Positions 23,436 through 36,700 of a stretch of 64,000 nucleotides of DNA are shown piece by piece. The stretch lies in the NCBI GenBank assembly GCA_051294375.1, contig CM119269.1, forward strand, positions 22,865,808 to 22,929,807. The letters run 5' to 3'. Under the pieces are notes generated by a model. That model saw only the letters and a program-made list of their open reading frames with translations, was not told where the DNA came from and searched no databases. A program made the translations under genes and the position numbers. Every line of letters starts with the position of its first letter. Within the stretch, counting starts at the first letter, position 1. The DNA comes from Paraspadella gotoi. Its lineage: Eukaryota; Animalia; Chaetognatha.

Positions 23436-23523
23436 TTTAGAGATGAAACAAAAAATTCGTTGTAATAGCAATTTTTTTTTATAAAAATTGCTATTACAAC
23501 GAATTTTTCATTTCATCTCTAAA
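23436..23523. repeat. Near-perfect 88-bp palindrome
   Basis: TTTAGAGATGAAA..AAAAATTCGTTGTAATAGCAATTTTT pairs with AAAAATTGCTATTACAACGAATTTTT..TTTCATCTCTAAA. Confidence 0.9.
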
Positions 23524-24127
23524 ATATTTAACCTTTATTATAAAATATTTTAATTTCTATTATAAGGCCTAATATTAAACCCTAAATTAATACCTTGCCT
23601 TAATATTCAATACTTAAACCGAATCTTAANNNNNNNNNNAACCCTAAATTAATACTTTGCCTTAATATTCAATACTTAAACCAAATCTTAAATTCTTAAT
23701 ATCCTTAATATTTGTAATATCTCTAATAATTTTTAATATCCTTAATATCCTTAATAACACTTAATTTTTTTAATATACTTATTCCTTAACAGAATCTTTA
23801 ACCAAATCTTTAACCAAATCCCTTCCTAACCATTAAATCTATTTCCTTACCAAAATATTAGCCATAACCTTTAACCCCTAATCTTTAAACTTTAAAACTT
23901 ATCTGATTCTTGATTTAACCTGAAATGGGTCCGTTTTGGAAAGAAGAGCCAAAAAATCTTTCCTATTCTCCTTTTATTATTTTGGCCCTTAAGGCTTAAC
24001 GCCTTTTTATACCTTTTTATCTCTCAGAATCTTTCCTTTCCTTTCTTCATCTCTTTCTTATCTATCTTAATACTCTCTTTCTTTTCTATCTTAATACTCT
24101 CTTTCTTATTTATCTTAATACTCTCTA

Positions 24128-24180
24128 AATACAGACCGATCGAACAAGTGTCTTATAGAATCGTGGCGCAACTAAAAAAA
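24128..24180 (-). mobile_element. Helentron/DINE-1-like end
   Basis: Reverse complement reads TTTTTAGTTGCGCCACGATTCTATAAG...GATCGGTCTGT, the same layout as at 5476 and 19568. Confidence 0.5.
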
Positions 24181-24342
24181 AGAATAAAAAAAAAAAATAA
24201 TAAAAAAAAATAAAAAAGAATAAAAGAAATAAAAAGAATAAAAAATTAAAAAAAGAATAAAAAAAGAATAACTTTTCATCTTCGTTTTTTCTCTCATGAA
24301 TCATTCAAAGTTGGAAGTCGGAAAGGAAGTCACTCTGCTTTT

Positions 24343-24386
<44 letters not shown>

Positions 24387-24588
24387 ATGAAGAGAGAGAG
24401 AGAGAAAAAAGTTGGAAGGGATTAAAGAAAGAGAGGTTGGCTGGGTTTGCAGAAAATAGTGAGGTGGGTAAAAGAGAAAAAGAAAAGAAAAGAAAAAAAA
24501 AAAAAAAAAAAAAGAAAAAAAAAAGAAAAAAAAGAAAGCGAATTTGTGATTTTGACTCACAAGTCACCGACGACGACAAAAAATCAAT

Positions 24589-24620
<32 letters not shown>

Positions 24621-24884
24621 CTCCTCCCTTCTCTCTTTCTCTCTCTCTCTCCTCTCTCTCTCCTCTCAGTTCGTCGCTTCATGTAAAACATTTACACTGC
24701 GGTGCAAAAAAAAAAAAAGAAGACACTAGATAGCTTTAAATACAGCACTATTTCTATCGATTGTGCAAGAAAAATTTGAATTGGTTCAGGAAGTAGAATA
24801 TAGCAAACACTTTAAAGTATGTAAGTAATGTAAGTAACTCTTATAAATAAAACTCTTTTTTGTCTCTCTTTTCTCTTCTTCTCT

Positions 24885-24919
<35 letters not shown>

Positions 24920-25076
24920 ATCTTCTCTCTCTTCTCTCTCTCTCTCTCTCTCTAAATTTTTATGAATACCATTGACTGAAAGCAAACTCTGTTGAATTCG
25001 ATGAAAATTTTCTTGAATTTTTCTACGATTTGATTTTGTAGAAAAGAGTGTGGGAAGGGAAAGAGAGTGAGAAGAG

Positions 25077-25133
<57 letters not shown>

Positions 25134-25153
25134 AGAGAGAGAGAGAAGAGAGA

Positions 25154-25192
<39 letters not shown>

Positions 25193-25343
25193 GAGAGAGA
25201 GAGAGAAAGAGAGAGATAAGAGAGAGAGAAGAGAGAGAGAGAGAGAGAAGGGGGGGGAAGCGAACGGGGGAGAGATTTTATTCCTTGAGGATTTTTCGAG
25301 CAATTTATAAATAAATGATTTACTGACTTGAGGTTTTTTGAAA

Positions 25344-25432
<89 letters not shown>

Positions 25433-25894
25433 AGAGGAGAGAGAGAGAGAAAGAAGAGAGCGAAAGAGAAAGAGTGTTTTAAAAAAAAAAGACATAAGCT
25501 GAAACATGAACATACAGGTTCTTGTTTATAAAGTTGGTCCAAATGATTTGCTCTTAATTTTTTAAAAGTGACGGCGCTATTAATTTTCAAGTGACGGAAT
25601 CTTTATTTTCTCTTCGTTTGGGTGAAATATTTTCCAAAAACCCCCATGCCCTGAATTTACTTTTTATATTTAAATATTTAATAAAAATATTTTATCTTAT
25701 TTAAGTGAATCCTTAATCCTTATCCTTAATCCCTTAATCCAACCTTTTCTCTAATTCTTAATCTAATTTTAAAAAAAACTCATTATTTCTGAAACGGGGA
25801 GCTTTCGGAAAAATATAGCCAACTTTGTTTCAAATTCCTCAACTTTCCTTCAATTTCTTAACTATTCAGTTTAACCGTCGCCTTCACTCGAATC

Positions 25895-26472
25895 TAATTG
25901 TCGTCCTCGTTGTTGTTGTTGTCGTCGTCGTCTTCTTTCCTCTCCTCTAAAATAGTCAATGAATCTTCTCCTTCGGTCGTCATCGTCGTTCGTCGTTGTT
26001 TGTTGTCCTCTCTTCATTGTCGTCGTCGTCGTCGTGTTGTTGTTGTCCTCGTCTTCATCGTCTTCATCGTCCTCGTCGTTGTTGTTGTCTGTCTTCATTG
26101 TCGTCGTCGTCGTCGTCGTTGTTTTGTTGTCCTCGTCTTCATCGTTCTCGTCGTTGTTGTTGTCCTCGTCTTCATTGTCGCCGTCGTGTCGTTGTTGTTG
26201 TTGTCCTCGTCTTCGTCGTCGTCGTCGTCGTTTGTGTTGTCCCTCGTCTTCATCGTTGTCGTCGTCTTCTTCATCTCTCATTTTCTGACGAGGAAATTCC
26301 TTTCATCTCCATTTTGTCGTCGTCGTTGTTGTCGTCGTCGTCGTTTGTTGTCGTCGTCGTCGTCGTTCTTCATCGTCGTGTCTTCATGCGTCGTCGTCGG
26401 CTTCATCGTCCGTCGTCGTGCTCGTCGCTTCGTCGTCGTCGTCTTCATCGTCTTCTCGTCGTCGTCGTCGTT
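25895..26472. repeat. Degenerate (GTC/GTT/TTC)n array
   Basis: Directly visible. Confidence 0.9.
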
Positions 26473-26789
26473 GACGTTAACATTCCCATTCTGTCTCCAA
26501 AGTCAGTGAAGCTTTTCATTCGCTCCGATCTCTTCATGATCCTTCTCTCTCTCTCTCTCTGCTCTTTCTTTCTCTCTCTCTCCTCCTCATCCGTCGACTC
26601 CTTCTCTCTTCTCTCCCTCTCAGCAGAGTTTCTCTCGTTCTCATCTCGTCACTCTTCTCTCTCGTCTCTCTCTTTCTCTCTCTCTCTCTTTCTCTCTCTC
26701 TCTCGTTCCTCTCTCTCTCTCTCGTCTCTCTCTCTCTCTCTCTCTCTCTCAATCTTCTCTCTCTCAATCTCATAAGATTCCAAAAATAT

Positions 26790-29700
26790 CCACGCGTTCT
26801 TTTTGACATCGATTTAATCGGATGGAGTGACAAGAATGAGGAATGTCCCGGGATATCGTTTCCGACCTTTGGGGCTACACAAAAAAAGGGTAAATCAAAT
26901 TTTTCCTAATGTACAGTTTTTTTATAAATTAAGCCTTATTTAAAAATAGCTATATAAATCAATAAAGTAGAAAAATAAAATTAAAAATGGTTTAACATTT
27001 TCCTCAAAAAATGAAAATATCTATGCAGTCATCCAATAATCTAGATGAACAATCTTTCTTATTCGTTTTGAGTCCATGACCCTTATTCTATCCTTTAATA
27101 GTTTAAATTGTAATTAATTTTTCTTCTATTAAGAATATTATTTTAATTTTTTTTTCAAAAATTTAAAGTTAAAAAAAATGCTACGATACATAGCAGAATG
27201 ATGAAGAGAAAAATTGCTTATATTATTAAGGGACGTACCTACCCTAATTATAGAGCCTTCAAATACATTATAGGTAAAGCTTTATTATGATGATGTTTTG
27301 ACATATGTACACGAATAAATATATTTGATAAAATTAAATATTATGAAAAAAATTTTAACTTTGAATTTTTTTTAGCAATAATAGAGCATAATTATTAATT
27401 AATTGTTCATATGCTTTTATAGCTACTGGTCGATTGTATCATTCTCATTATAATAAATTTTAATAACTTCCTTTTATTTTTAATAATACTGACTGCTATA
27501 TTTACTTACTTTTTGCAAAATCAAAAATTAAACTGATATTAAAAATTATGTATGAAACAGCAACAAAAACTGCTTTTTTTTAAAAATCACATGTATTGTA
27601 ATGTCTTGAACTGATATATATATATCAACCTGGACAAAATCAAAAAGTTTTTACAACAATCCCAACTACGACATTTATTAAGGCTTGTCAAATGTATAAA
27701 ATAAATTGATAAGTCATTTCGGAACTTGCTTTGGTTAGGTTTACTTAATCTCAGTAGGCGCCTCCTTTTATATGACAGAATAAGCAGTATATTAAAAAAC
27801 AGTTTTTTATTTGGAGTGGGCATCAACCCTCTCCTACCATACATATTAACATCAGTAAATTTGTATAAGTATAGTAGATTCCTCTATAGATTTTTTAATT
27901 TTTGAAACCATATTTACTTTTTTTTTCCATATTTTTTTGACACAGCAAAACGTTTTCTTTGATTACGCTAAAGAGAAATGTAAAAATAAAAATATAGTAC
28001 CAATAGTTAGAGTTATGTCTAGAATAGATGAAAAAAAAAAACCTTGTTTCCAAAAATTTGGATTGGGAAGTGGGGTAAATAAGGCTTTACCAACGGTATC
28101 GCTCTGCATCGCTGTTGCAATTATCTCTCAATTAATTTTTTTAATTTAATACATTTGAAAGCGAAAAAAAGAAATTCAGCCATGCAGGTGAGGCATAAAG
28201 GGTAAGAAAATTCTGTACATAGATGGCATGCTAATATGAACTTTTATGTCTGCCGTAACTGGGGGCCATAAAGAAACCTTAAAAAAATCATCATTAAGTC
28301 AATCAATGAACCCATTTTTGCGAAATTTTTTTTGTTCCTTATTAAAATGGAATGATAAATAACAGAACGTTAAATTCCCTTTATAAAAGGTGTTTATTTA
28401 AAAGAAAATTTAGCAATACAATTCAACACAATGAATGTCTTGCTTTGTAAAATATGTCAGCAGTTAAGTAATTTTTTAAAATTTTATATTCGATAACAGA
28501 GAGTATAATCAAGCTTTTTGCTTTGCAGTTGAAAGATGAATGAACAAATGATTATTTTTTTTTCGACAGAAAGAAGGTAGATGCGTCCAGACTGTTTATA
28601 TAAGCTGAAAAAATTATTATTACTTTATCATTTTTCATATTTAAAAAAAATATTACTTCAAGCTACTACAATTTTTTGCATTCTTGTTTTTTTAATTTTA
28701 ACTAAAAAAATACAAGCAAATTTATAAAGTAGATGAAAATTTAATGAATAATTTAAAATGTAAATTCAACAACGACTTTCCTCTTTCAATGTACAAAAGA
28801 AAAAACACAAAAATTTAACATTATTGCCTTAATTGAAATTTGTAATGCAAAAAACTGTTTATACTTTTAAACTCGTATTTTAAATAAAAACTGGGGAGTG
28901 TGTAAAAATTTATGGATAAAATTATTACAAAACTGTTCTAGACATTGTCCCAATGATTGGCGCTTTAATTTGATAACACACCCCCTTCTTCCCTCCCCGT
29001 CAGTCCTTTTTTTTTCAAAAGACTATTCAACGAAAATAAATCTTTTTATTACTTTTTATTGGCCATCATTGCAAGTTATTTTTAAACAACCTAAACTTTT
29101 GGCCTTCAACAAATGTCTAGTTTGGATTGTTTAAAACTTTTTAAATTTTGTCCAAGGAATAATATATATCACCTCCACAAAATTAAAACTAGCAATCTGA
29201 TTCAAAAAAAAAGTTTTCGGCTCCGTTTCATACATACATTTTTAAATATCAAAGTATAATCTTTGGTTTGTCAACAGTAAGTAAATATAGGCCAGTCAGA
29301 TAAATTACCTAAAAATAAAAAAGTTCAAAATTTATATAATTGAAAAGGATAACAACTGAACGCAAGTAGCCTTATAAAAGCCATCATGGAAAACATAATC
29401 ATTAAAAAATTATGTTTTATCTTTGCCCTAAAAAAAAAAATTACAACAGCTTATAATTCTTTATCATATATTTAATTATTTTACACACTTATTTCTATTT
29501 TCTATATAAAAACAATAATCACTCAATAAACTTACTATAATACTCGACTATCTGAAAGCCCTACTAATTAGGTAGCGTTCAACTCCATTATAATATACCA
29601 AATTTTCTATCAATCATTCTGGCATAGTATATAATTTTTTTTTTAATTTAACAAGAAACTTATCCTGAAAAAAAAGTTAAAAATCACCAATATTTTAAAT

Positions 29701-30035
29701 AAAAGAAAAATTAACTTACAAATAAAACTATTACAAGATAGAATAATGGTTATGGACTCAAGGAACGAAAGAAAATTGTTTCATAGACTTAATGGAAATG
29801 ATGCATCGATATTTTCATTTTTAAAAATATTTAAACCATTTTTTAATTTTTTTTATTCCTAACTTTTATTGATTTTATATAGCTAGATCTTTAATATTAA
29901 TTTACTAAAAAACTTCATTAAGGAAAACTTTGATTACCCTTTTTTGTGTAGCCCCAACCAGGTCCGGAACAATATCCCGGGACATCTATACGCTTCAGTG
30001 CAACATCCAGTGCGATTAAATCGATGTAAAAGGAC
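26790..30035. other. Long indel-rich inverted duplication (fold-back), centre near 28400
   Basis: 26790-27750 is the noisy reverse complement of about 29070-30035, e.g. ATGTCCCGGGATAT..GGGGCTACACAAAAAAAGGGTAA versus TTACCCTTTTTTGTGTAGCCCC..ATATCCCGGGACAT. Confidence 0.85.
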
Positions 30036-30202
30036 AGTGTATCCGAGTTCAAAAAACCTAAGACCAAAATGGCTGCGCCTAATAAAACAAACATTTTTAA
30101 ATGAATTTTTTAAATTAATCAATTGAATAGACATTAGATAATTTTAAAATAATTAAGCAAAAAGTCTCACACATCCTCTTTAAACAAAAATTTAGAAGCA
30201 CA

Positions 30203-30380
30203 GGGTCACTTAGTTTCGTTGGCTCATGAGGTCATCGGGTCATCGGGTCCTAAGGTCATCCGATCATGTGGTCATTGGGTCATGAGGTCCTCGGGTCATC
30301 GGGTCATGAGGTCATTGGATCATGAGGTCATCGGATCATGAGGTCATCGGGCCATCGGGTCATGAGGTCATCGGGTCACG
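30203..30380. repeat. 8-bp minisatellite (GGTCATCG / GGTCATGA)n
   Basis: About 18 visible units. Confidence 0.9.
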
Positions 30381-30472
30381 ATGGTATTAAACTCCTTTTC
30401 TCCCAGCGATAAAAGGCTTAAAGACGTCGGACCTCTCGGGCACATTGATCGGTCGGTCGGTCTGTCGGTTAG

Positions 30473-31440
30473 TCCTAAGGTCTCATCCCGATCATGTTGG
30501 TCATTTGGCGGGCCTGTGTTCGATTTGAGGTCCTGCGGGGTCAATCGTGGGTTCATCGAGGGTCATCTTTGGAATCATTGACGGTGTCATCGGATCATGA
30601 GGTTCTCATCGGTGGCCATCGGGTCATTGACGGTCATCGGGTTTCATCGATTTGGTATTTTAAACTCCTTTTCTCCCAGCGTGAATAAAAGCTGCCCTCT
30701 TAAAGACGTTCGACCACCTCTCCGGGCCACCATTTGATATCGGTCATGGTCGGTTCTTCGCGTTTAGTCAGTCGCGGTCGTTCGAGCTCTCCTCACCGGT
30801 ACTACATCCACCGTACTAACACCCTAGCCGCAGAACCTCTCTCACCTCGCAGAGTATACGCACCACTGCACGCGCAGCGACACCAAGCCCCGCTAGTGCT
30901 CTCCAGCAGACCATATCCACGCGCCCTACATCAGAACGGCTCCCTCTCGACTCTACACTGGACCAGCTGACGGATCACCATCGCACACCAGACACGAATC
31001 ACTCCGCGCAAGTGAAGTAGACCGACTTCATTACCCCCTCGTAACATAGCGCAGAACGTCAAGCTAACGGATCAGTCCGTCACAAGTCCCGTGATGTTCA
31101 CTGACGTACTCCCCGCATGACGTCCGGATAATCCTGCCTATTGACCCTCTTCAACCCTCCCAAAGTCCGGCCGCCCCGGCCCACAAGTCTCTTACAACCA
31201 CTACGACGAGTGAACGAGCCCTGCTAATGAGACTAACTCGTCTGCTCCGTATAGTCCTCCGTCGCTCTGTCAAATGTGACTATACTGTCGAATTTCGACT
31301 AGAAATCTGTCTTACCTCTCCCACGTCCACCATTACCAAACTACCAGCAACCTCTCTCTCATCATCTCACCAATGCTACACTCCTCCTCTCTCCTCTTCC
31401 TTCTACTCACCTACTCTCCCCTCATCTCCACTCCCGACTC
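30473..31440. repeat. Essentially identical direct copy of 35108-36075 (offset 4635)
   Basis: ORF track gives identical peptides at 30494/35129 and 30734/35369; looser similarity continues to about 32280 versus 36800. Confidence 0.9.
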
Positions 31441-31832
31441 TACTCTCTCTCTCTCTGCTTTCTCTCCCTCTCTCTCTCTCTCTCTCAGTCTCCTCTTCGT
31501 CTGCCGGACTCCACTCCACCCTTAGTTTCCATTTCACCGGATTTATTCCTCCCAACGAATTTTCGCCGACTCAGGCAGGATGACAGACGCGTAGACCTCT
31601 TTTGGGTTTCCCACGTCCTCTTCTCCTCTCTCTCTCTCCTCTCTCTCTCCTCTCTCTCTCCTCTCTCTCTCTCTCTTCTTCCTCTCTCTCTTCTCTCTTC
31701 TCTCTCTCTTCTCTCTCTCTCTCTCGCATCNNNNNNNNNNNNNNNNNNNNNNNNNCTGTCGTTTAGTTCAGTCGGATCGGTCAGGATTCGGTCTGTCGGT
31801 CTGTTGCGTCGGTTCGTTTTGGTCGGTTTGTT

Positions 31833-31886
<54 letters not shown>

Positions 31887-32308
31887 CTGAACCCAAAATG
31901 AGACCCATTCGCACCCTAAACTCGTTCCTTTCTTCTGTCGTCTGCTTTCGCCAAAACTCGTCCTTTTCTCCAGCGAGCGACTTCCAAATCTTTTCCCCAG
32001 CAAGTCATTTTCTGCAGCCAATACCTTCAGCCACAATTGCCTCATTCATCTTTGTTCCTTTTCTCCAGCACCAGCTGTTCGTTTTCACGACAGCAATGTT
32101 TCTTCTCCATCTTTTTCTTTTCCCTATTTTAACACTAGCCTCTCCACTCCATCACTCATAATCTCTCTTTCTCTTTACCCCATCACCATCTCTCCAGCAT
32201 CGCCTTTTCTCCAGCTTCACCTCGTCACTTGGCCTTCAGTTTCGCTCTCTCTTTACCCCATCACCCCCTTTTCTCCAGCATCGNNNNNNNNNNNNNNNNN
32301 NNNNNNNN

Positions 32309-33738
32309 ACTATGGTGGTTAGCATATGATTACAAAGCATTCTTGTGATAGAGAGCTTCTAAAGGCGAGTTAACTTTAAACTCTCATTCAAGTTATACTT
32401 TCACGGACGAAGCGTTCAAAAGCAGATATTATTCCTAGTGGCAATGATGGTTCATTAAGAAAGAGAGTTATTGAAAGTAATTGAGCTTAGAGAGCAAGGA
32501 TAATGAATGTATATTCATGTTACTTATCCATGTAGAAAAAGAAGACTTATATTAAGTTTCTATAACAAGTACTAAAAGCAATCGATTAAATTCTAATCAA
32601 TGCGATAACATCTAATATTACTTCATAAAAAAAAAAACTATACTGGTAATATAAAGAAGGAAACACTCTTATCTAAAGGATTCAAGTGATCAACAGTTTT
32701 CCTTGCCTTCACCTCATCAGTAGTGCTGGGCTATGAAATCACGAGCATTCTATTCCACATCAAATTCAGAAGTGTTCATGAAGAAAGTTAAATGGAGAGA
32801 TCAAATTCAGTCCCTCAATGTTCTGAAACCAAACACGAAGAGTACTAATTCAAGTCTATCAAATCAAAAACATCTGTTTATCAATCATTAAATTTAATAC
32901 TCTCGATCCACCCTCATGCTCCTCTATGTCCAAGATCAAGGGCCTCCATCCTCTCTCTTCTCTTCTTGTACCAGTATCCAATAATCTGTCTATTCCAATC
33001 CTCAATGTCTTCCTCTCGGTCATCTGCCATCTTTTCCACGCCTCACACTCTTTTATCATCTTTCAGCTTCTCATCTTAACCGACTCTGAAGTACATCTAT
33101 CTTCTGGCATTCGCGTAATTCTTTCTCCCCTCGCCCCTTCTCTCCTCTACGTTCTCGGAATGAAGGCGAAAAAAGGATACCCTGGGACCTCTCCTCACAC
33201 CTCTCTCTTTCTTGTCCCCTCTATGCGTTCATTAAAGGGAAAAAAAAGGGAAAAAAAAAAGTTACATCTCAGCAAAGAAGAAAGAAACAGAACCATATTT
33301 TCCTAATCTCGCATAAGTCCTTGCGATCTCTCTCATTCTCATCTCTCTTCTCTTCTCTCTCTCTCTATCTCTCTCATCTCTCTCCATCGTCACCGGTCCG
33401 TCGCCTATTGTTCCTTAGTTGCAGTAATCATAGTAAGGCTCGAGAGTTCCTTTTTATACTACGTCCATTATTACCCAACGAGGCTTTTTCATAGACTTTC
33501 AGAGACCCTGCTTTCCCTTTCAATCTTTTTTTCAACCATCCTCTTCCCTCCTCCTCTTTCTCCTTTTATACCTCTTTTTCCTCCTCTCTTCTTCTCTCAC
33601 TCCTTCCTAACCTCACCTCCGTCTGCCCTCTATCGCCAGTTTTATATTCCTGCATCTTTTATTTCATTTTTTTCTAATTCACAGACGGAGAAACGAAATC
33701 TTGCGGCGTTTTATTCTCTCTCTCTCTCATCTCGCTCT

Positions 33739-33769
<31 letters not shown>

Positions 33770-36700
33770 GTCTCTCTCTCTCTCTATCTCTCGTTCTCTC
33801 TCTCTCTCTCTTATCCCTCTTCTCTTTTTTTAAACAAAAGCCCTAACCTTAATCTCGCTTCACTCTCTCTGTTTCCTTCTCTTCTCTTTGCCATCCTACG
33901 CCTCCTTTCTTCCAATGTGTTGTTTTTTTTTCCTCTCAAGGAATTTGGCACTTCCTCTCTCTCTCTCTCTTCTGCTTCTCTCTCTCTCATCCTCTCCTCC
34001 CTCTCATCTCCTCTACTCTCTCTCCTCTCCGTCTCTCCTCTCATCTTCTCTCCATCTCTATCTTCTCCTTATTCCACACAAGCCCTTCCTATCTTTTTCA
34101 ACTTTCATTGGACTCCAACAGTCTCTGTCACACTAACTCTGCCCTCGCTTTTTCTTTTCTTTCTTTCTCCTTACCTCCCTTTTCTCCAGCCCCATTTTCT
34201 CCCTCGTCCCTCCCTTCTCTCCTCCCACCTCCTCTGGTGGCCTCTCCCTCTCTCGTTCGTGCCCCATCGTTCTGGTTTCTCTCGAGTCTCCCGAGTCGAG
34301 CCAAGCTCATCGAGGCTACTCAACTCTCTCGGTCACTAGATCTCGGGTTCGCGCCTCTCCTGTGGTGCTCTACTCATTCGCTTCTGCAGCATAGTTCAGT
34401 CATGCCTCGCATCAATGTTCTCATACTCGTTCTAGGTCTTTTCCTCTCATCAGTTCGTTTGATTGAACAGGGTGCTAGGACGTTTTATGGACGGAGACGT
34501 CGAGGCGCGGTGCGCGACGGTGATGCTGGAAGCAAAGATGATGTCTGCCTGGAAATATGGGGGTGATTTGGAGCTGGGGGTAAGGAGACACTTACAAGGC
34601 AGAGCTGGGCGGAAACCACACAGGAAGGGCCTGTCACCGCGTGGATGCCTAGTGAATTCAACGCATTATAGAAAGCCGCGAGTCAGGGGTGCTGGAGAAG
34701 AGAGAGGTGTGGATGAGTGGGGAGTGACCATTAAGAGCGAGATAGAGGACAGATACGCAGCGAGGCCAGATGACGACGATGATGTCTGGTGGAGAGTAAG
34801 AGAGGGCGATTATTATGCGGGAGAAAAGGGGATGGTGGTAAGGCAAGAAAGAGAACTGCAGGCCAGATTGGACCGACCACGGAATGCTGGAAGAGAGAGA
34901 TGCGATGGCGGGAGAAAAAGGGCGGTGATGTAAGAGATATAGGAGCGAGCAACTGTCGGGACTTTTCTCCAGCATCACGTCGTCACCGGGCCTCGAGTCT
35001 CCGTCCATAAAACCGCTTTAGCTGACATCAATCATGAGAGAGAAAAACCAAAGAGGAGAATTAGAATGACGAACCTTGAAGGAGAGAAGGAGAGGGAGAG
35101 GGAGAGATCCTAAGGTCTCATCCCGATCATGTTGGTCATTTGGCGGGCCTGTGTTCGATTTGAGGTCCTGCGGGGTCAATCGTGGGTTCATCGAGGGTCA
35201 TCTTTGGAATCATTGACGGTGTCATCGGATCATGAGGTTCTCATCGGTGGCCATCGGGTCATTGACGGTCATCGGGTTTCATCGATTTGGTATTTTAAAC
35301 TCCTTTTCTCCCAGCGTGAATAAAAGCTGCCCTCTTAAAGACGTTCGACCACCTCTCCGGGCCACCATTTGATATCGGTCATGGTCGGTTCTTCGCGTTT
35401 AGTCAGTCGCGGTCGTTCGAGCTCTCCTCACCGGTACTACATCCACCGTACTAACACCCTAGCCGCAGAACCTCTCTCACCTCGCAGAGTATACGCACCA
35501 CTGCACGCGCAGCGACACCAAGCCCCGCTAGTGCTCTCCAGCAGACCATATCCACGCGCCCTACATCAGAACGGCTCCCTCTCGACTCTACACTGGACCA
35601 GCTGACGGATCACCATCGCACACCAGACACGAATCACTCCGCGCAAGTGAAGTAGACCGACTTCATTACCCCCTCGTAACATAGCGCAGAACGTCAAGCT
35701 AACGGATCAGTCCGTCACAAGTCCCGTGATGTTCACTGACGTACTCCCCGCATGACGTCCGGATAATCCTGCCTATTGACCCTCTTCAACCCTCCCAAAG
35801 TCCGGCCGCCCCGGCCCACAAGTCTCTTACAACCACTACGACGAGTGAACGAGCCCTGCTAATGAGACTAACTCGTCTGCTCCGTATAGTCCTCCGTCGC
35901 TCTGTCAAATGTGACTATACTGTCGAATTTCGACTAGAAATCTGTCTTACCTCTCCCACGTCCACCATTACCAAACTACCAGCAACCTCTCTCTCATCAT
36001 CTCACCAATGCTACACTCCTCCTCTCTCCTCTTCCTTCTACTCACCTACTCTCCCCTCATCTCCACTCCCGACTCTATCTCTCTCTGGCTCGCGTCTCTC
36101 CCTCTCTCTCTCCCTCTCGAGGCCCTTACGGTTGCCGGACACACCACACCCATATTTCTTTCACCGGATTTATTCCTCCCAACGAATTTTCGCCGACTCA
36201 GGCCAGGATGCTACAGACGCGTAGACCTCTTTTGGGTTTCCCACGTCCTCTTCTCCTCTCTTCTCTCTCCTCTCTCTCTCCTCTCTCTCTCCTCTCTCTC
36301 CGTCTCTTCTTGCCTCTTCTCTTCTCTCTTCCCCTCCTCTTTCTCTCTCTCTCTCGCATCTCTCAGTCTGATACCCAAAATTGAGACCCATTTCGCACCC
36401 ATAACTACTCTTGTTCCTTTCTCTTTTCTGTCGTCTGTGCTTTCGGCCAAAACTTCGTTCTTTTCTCCAGCCATCCTGAGCGGCGTCACTTCCAAGATCT
36501 TTATATTCTCTCCCGAGCCCAAGGTCATTCTTCTGCAGCCCCATTACCCTCTCAGCCATAGCAATTAGCGTCTCTTCATCTTTGTTTCCTTTTTCTTCCA
36601 TGCACCAGCTGTTCGTTTTTTCCTTTCACCCGACAGCATGTTTCTTCTTCCATCTCTTTTCTTTTCCCTATTTAACACTAGGCCTCTCCACTCTCATCCA

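Noticed and set aside
23690-23900. Telomere-like repeats (TTAACC / CCTTAAT; also 61385-61702)
   Set aside because: Irregular and interstitial, with no consistent telomeric unit.
26790-30035. 3.2-kb DNA transposon with long TIRs
   Set aside because: Symmetry runs about 1 kb inward with indel-dominated differences; no TSD or transposase ORF; better explained as a fold-back read.
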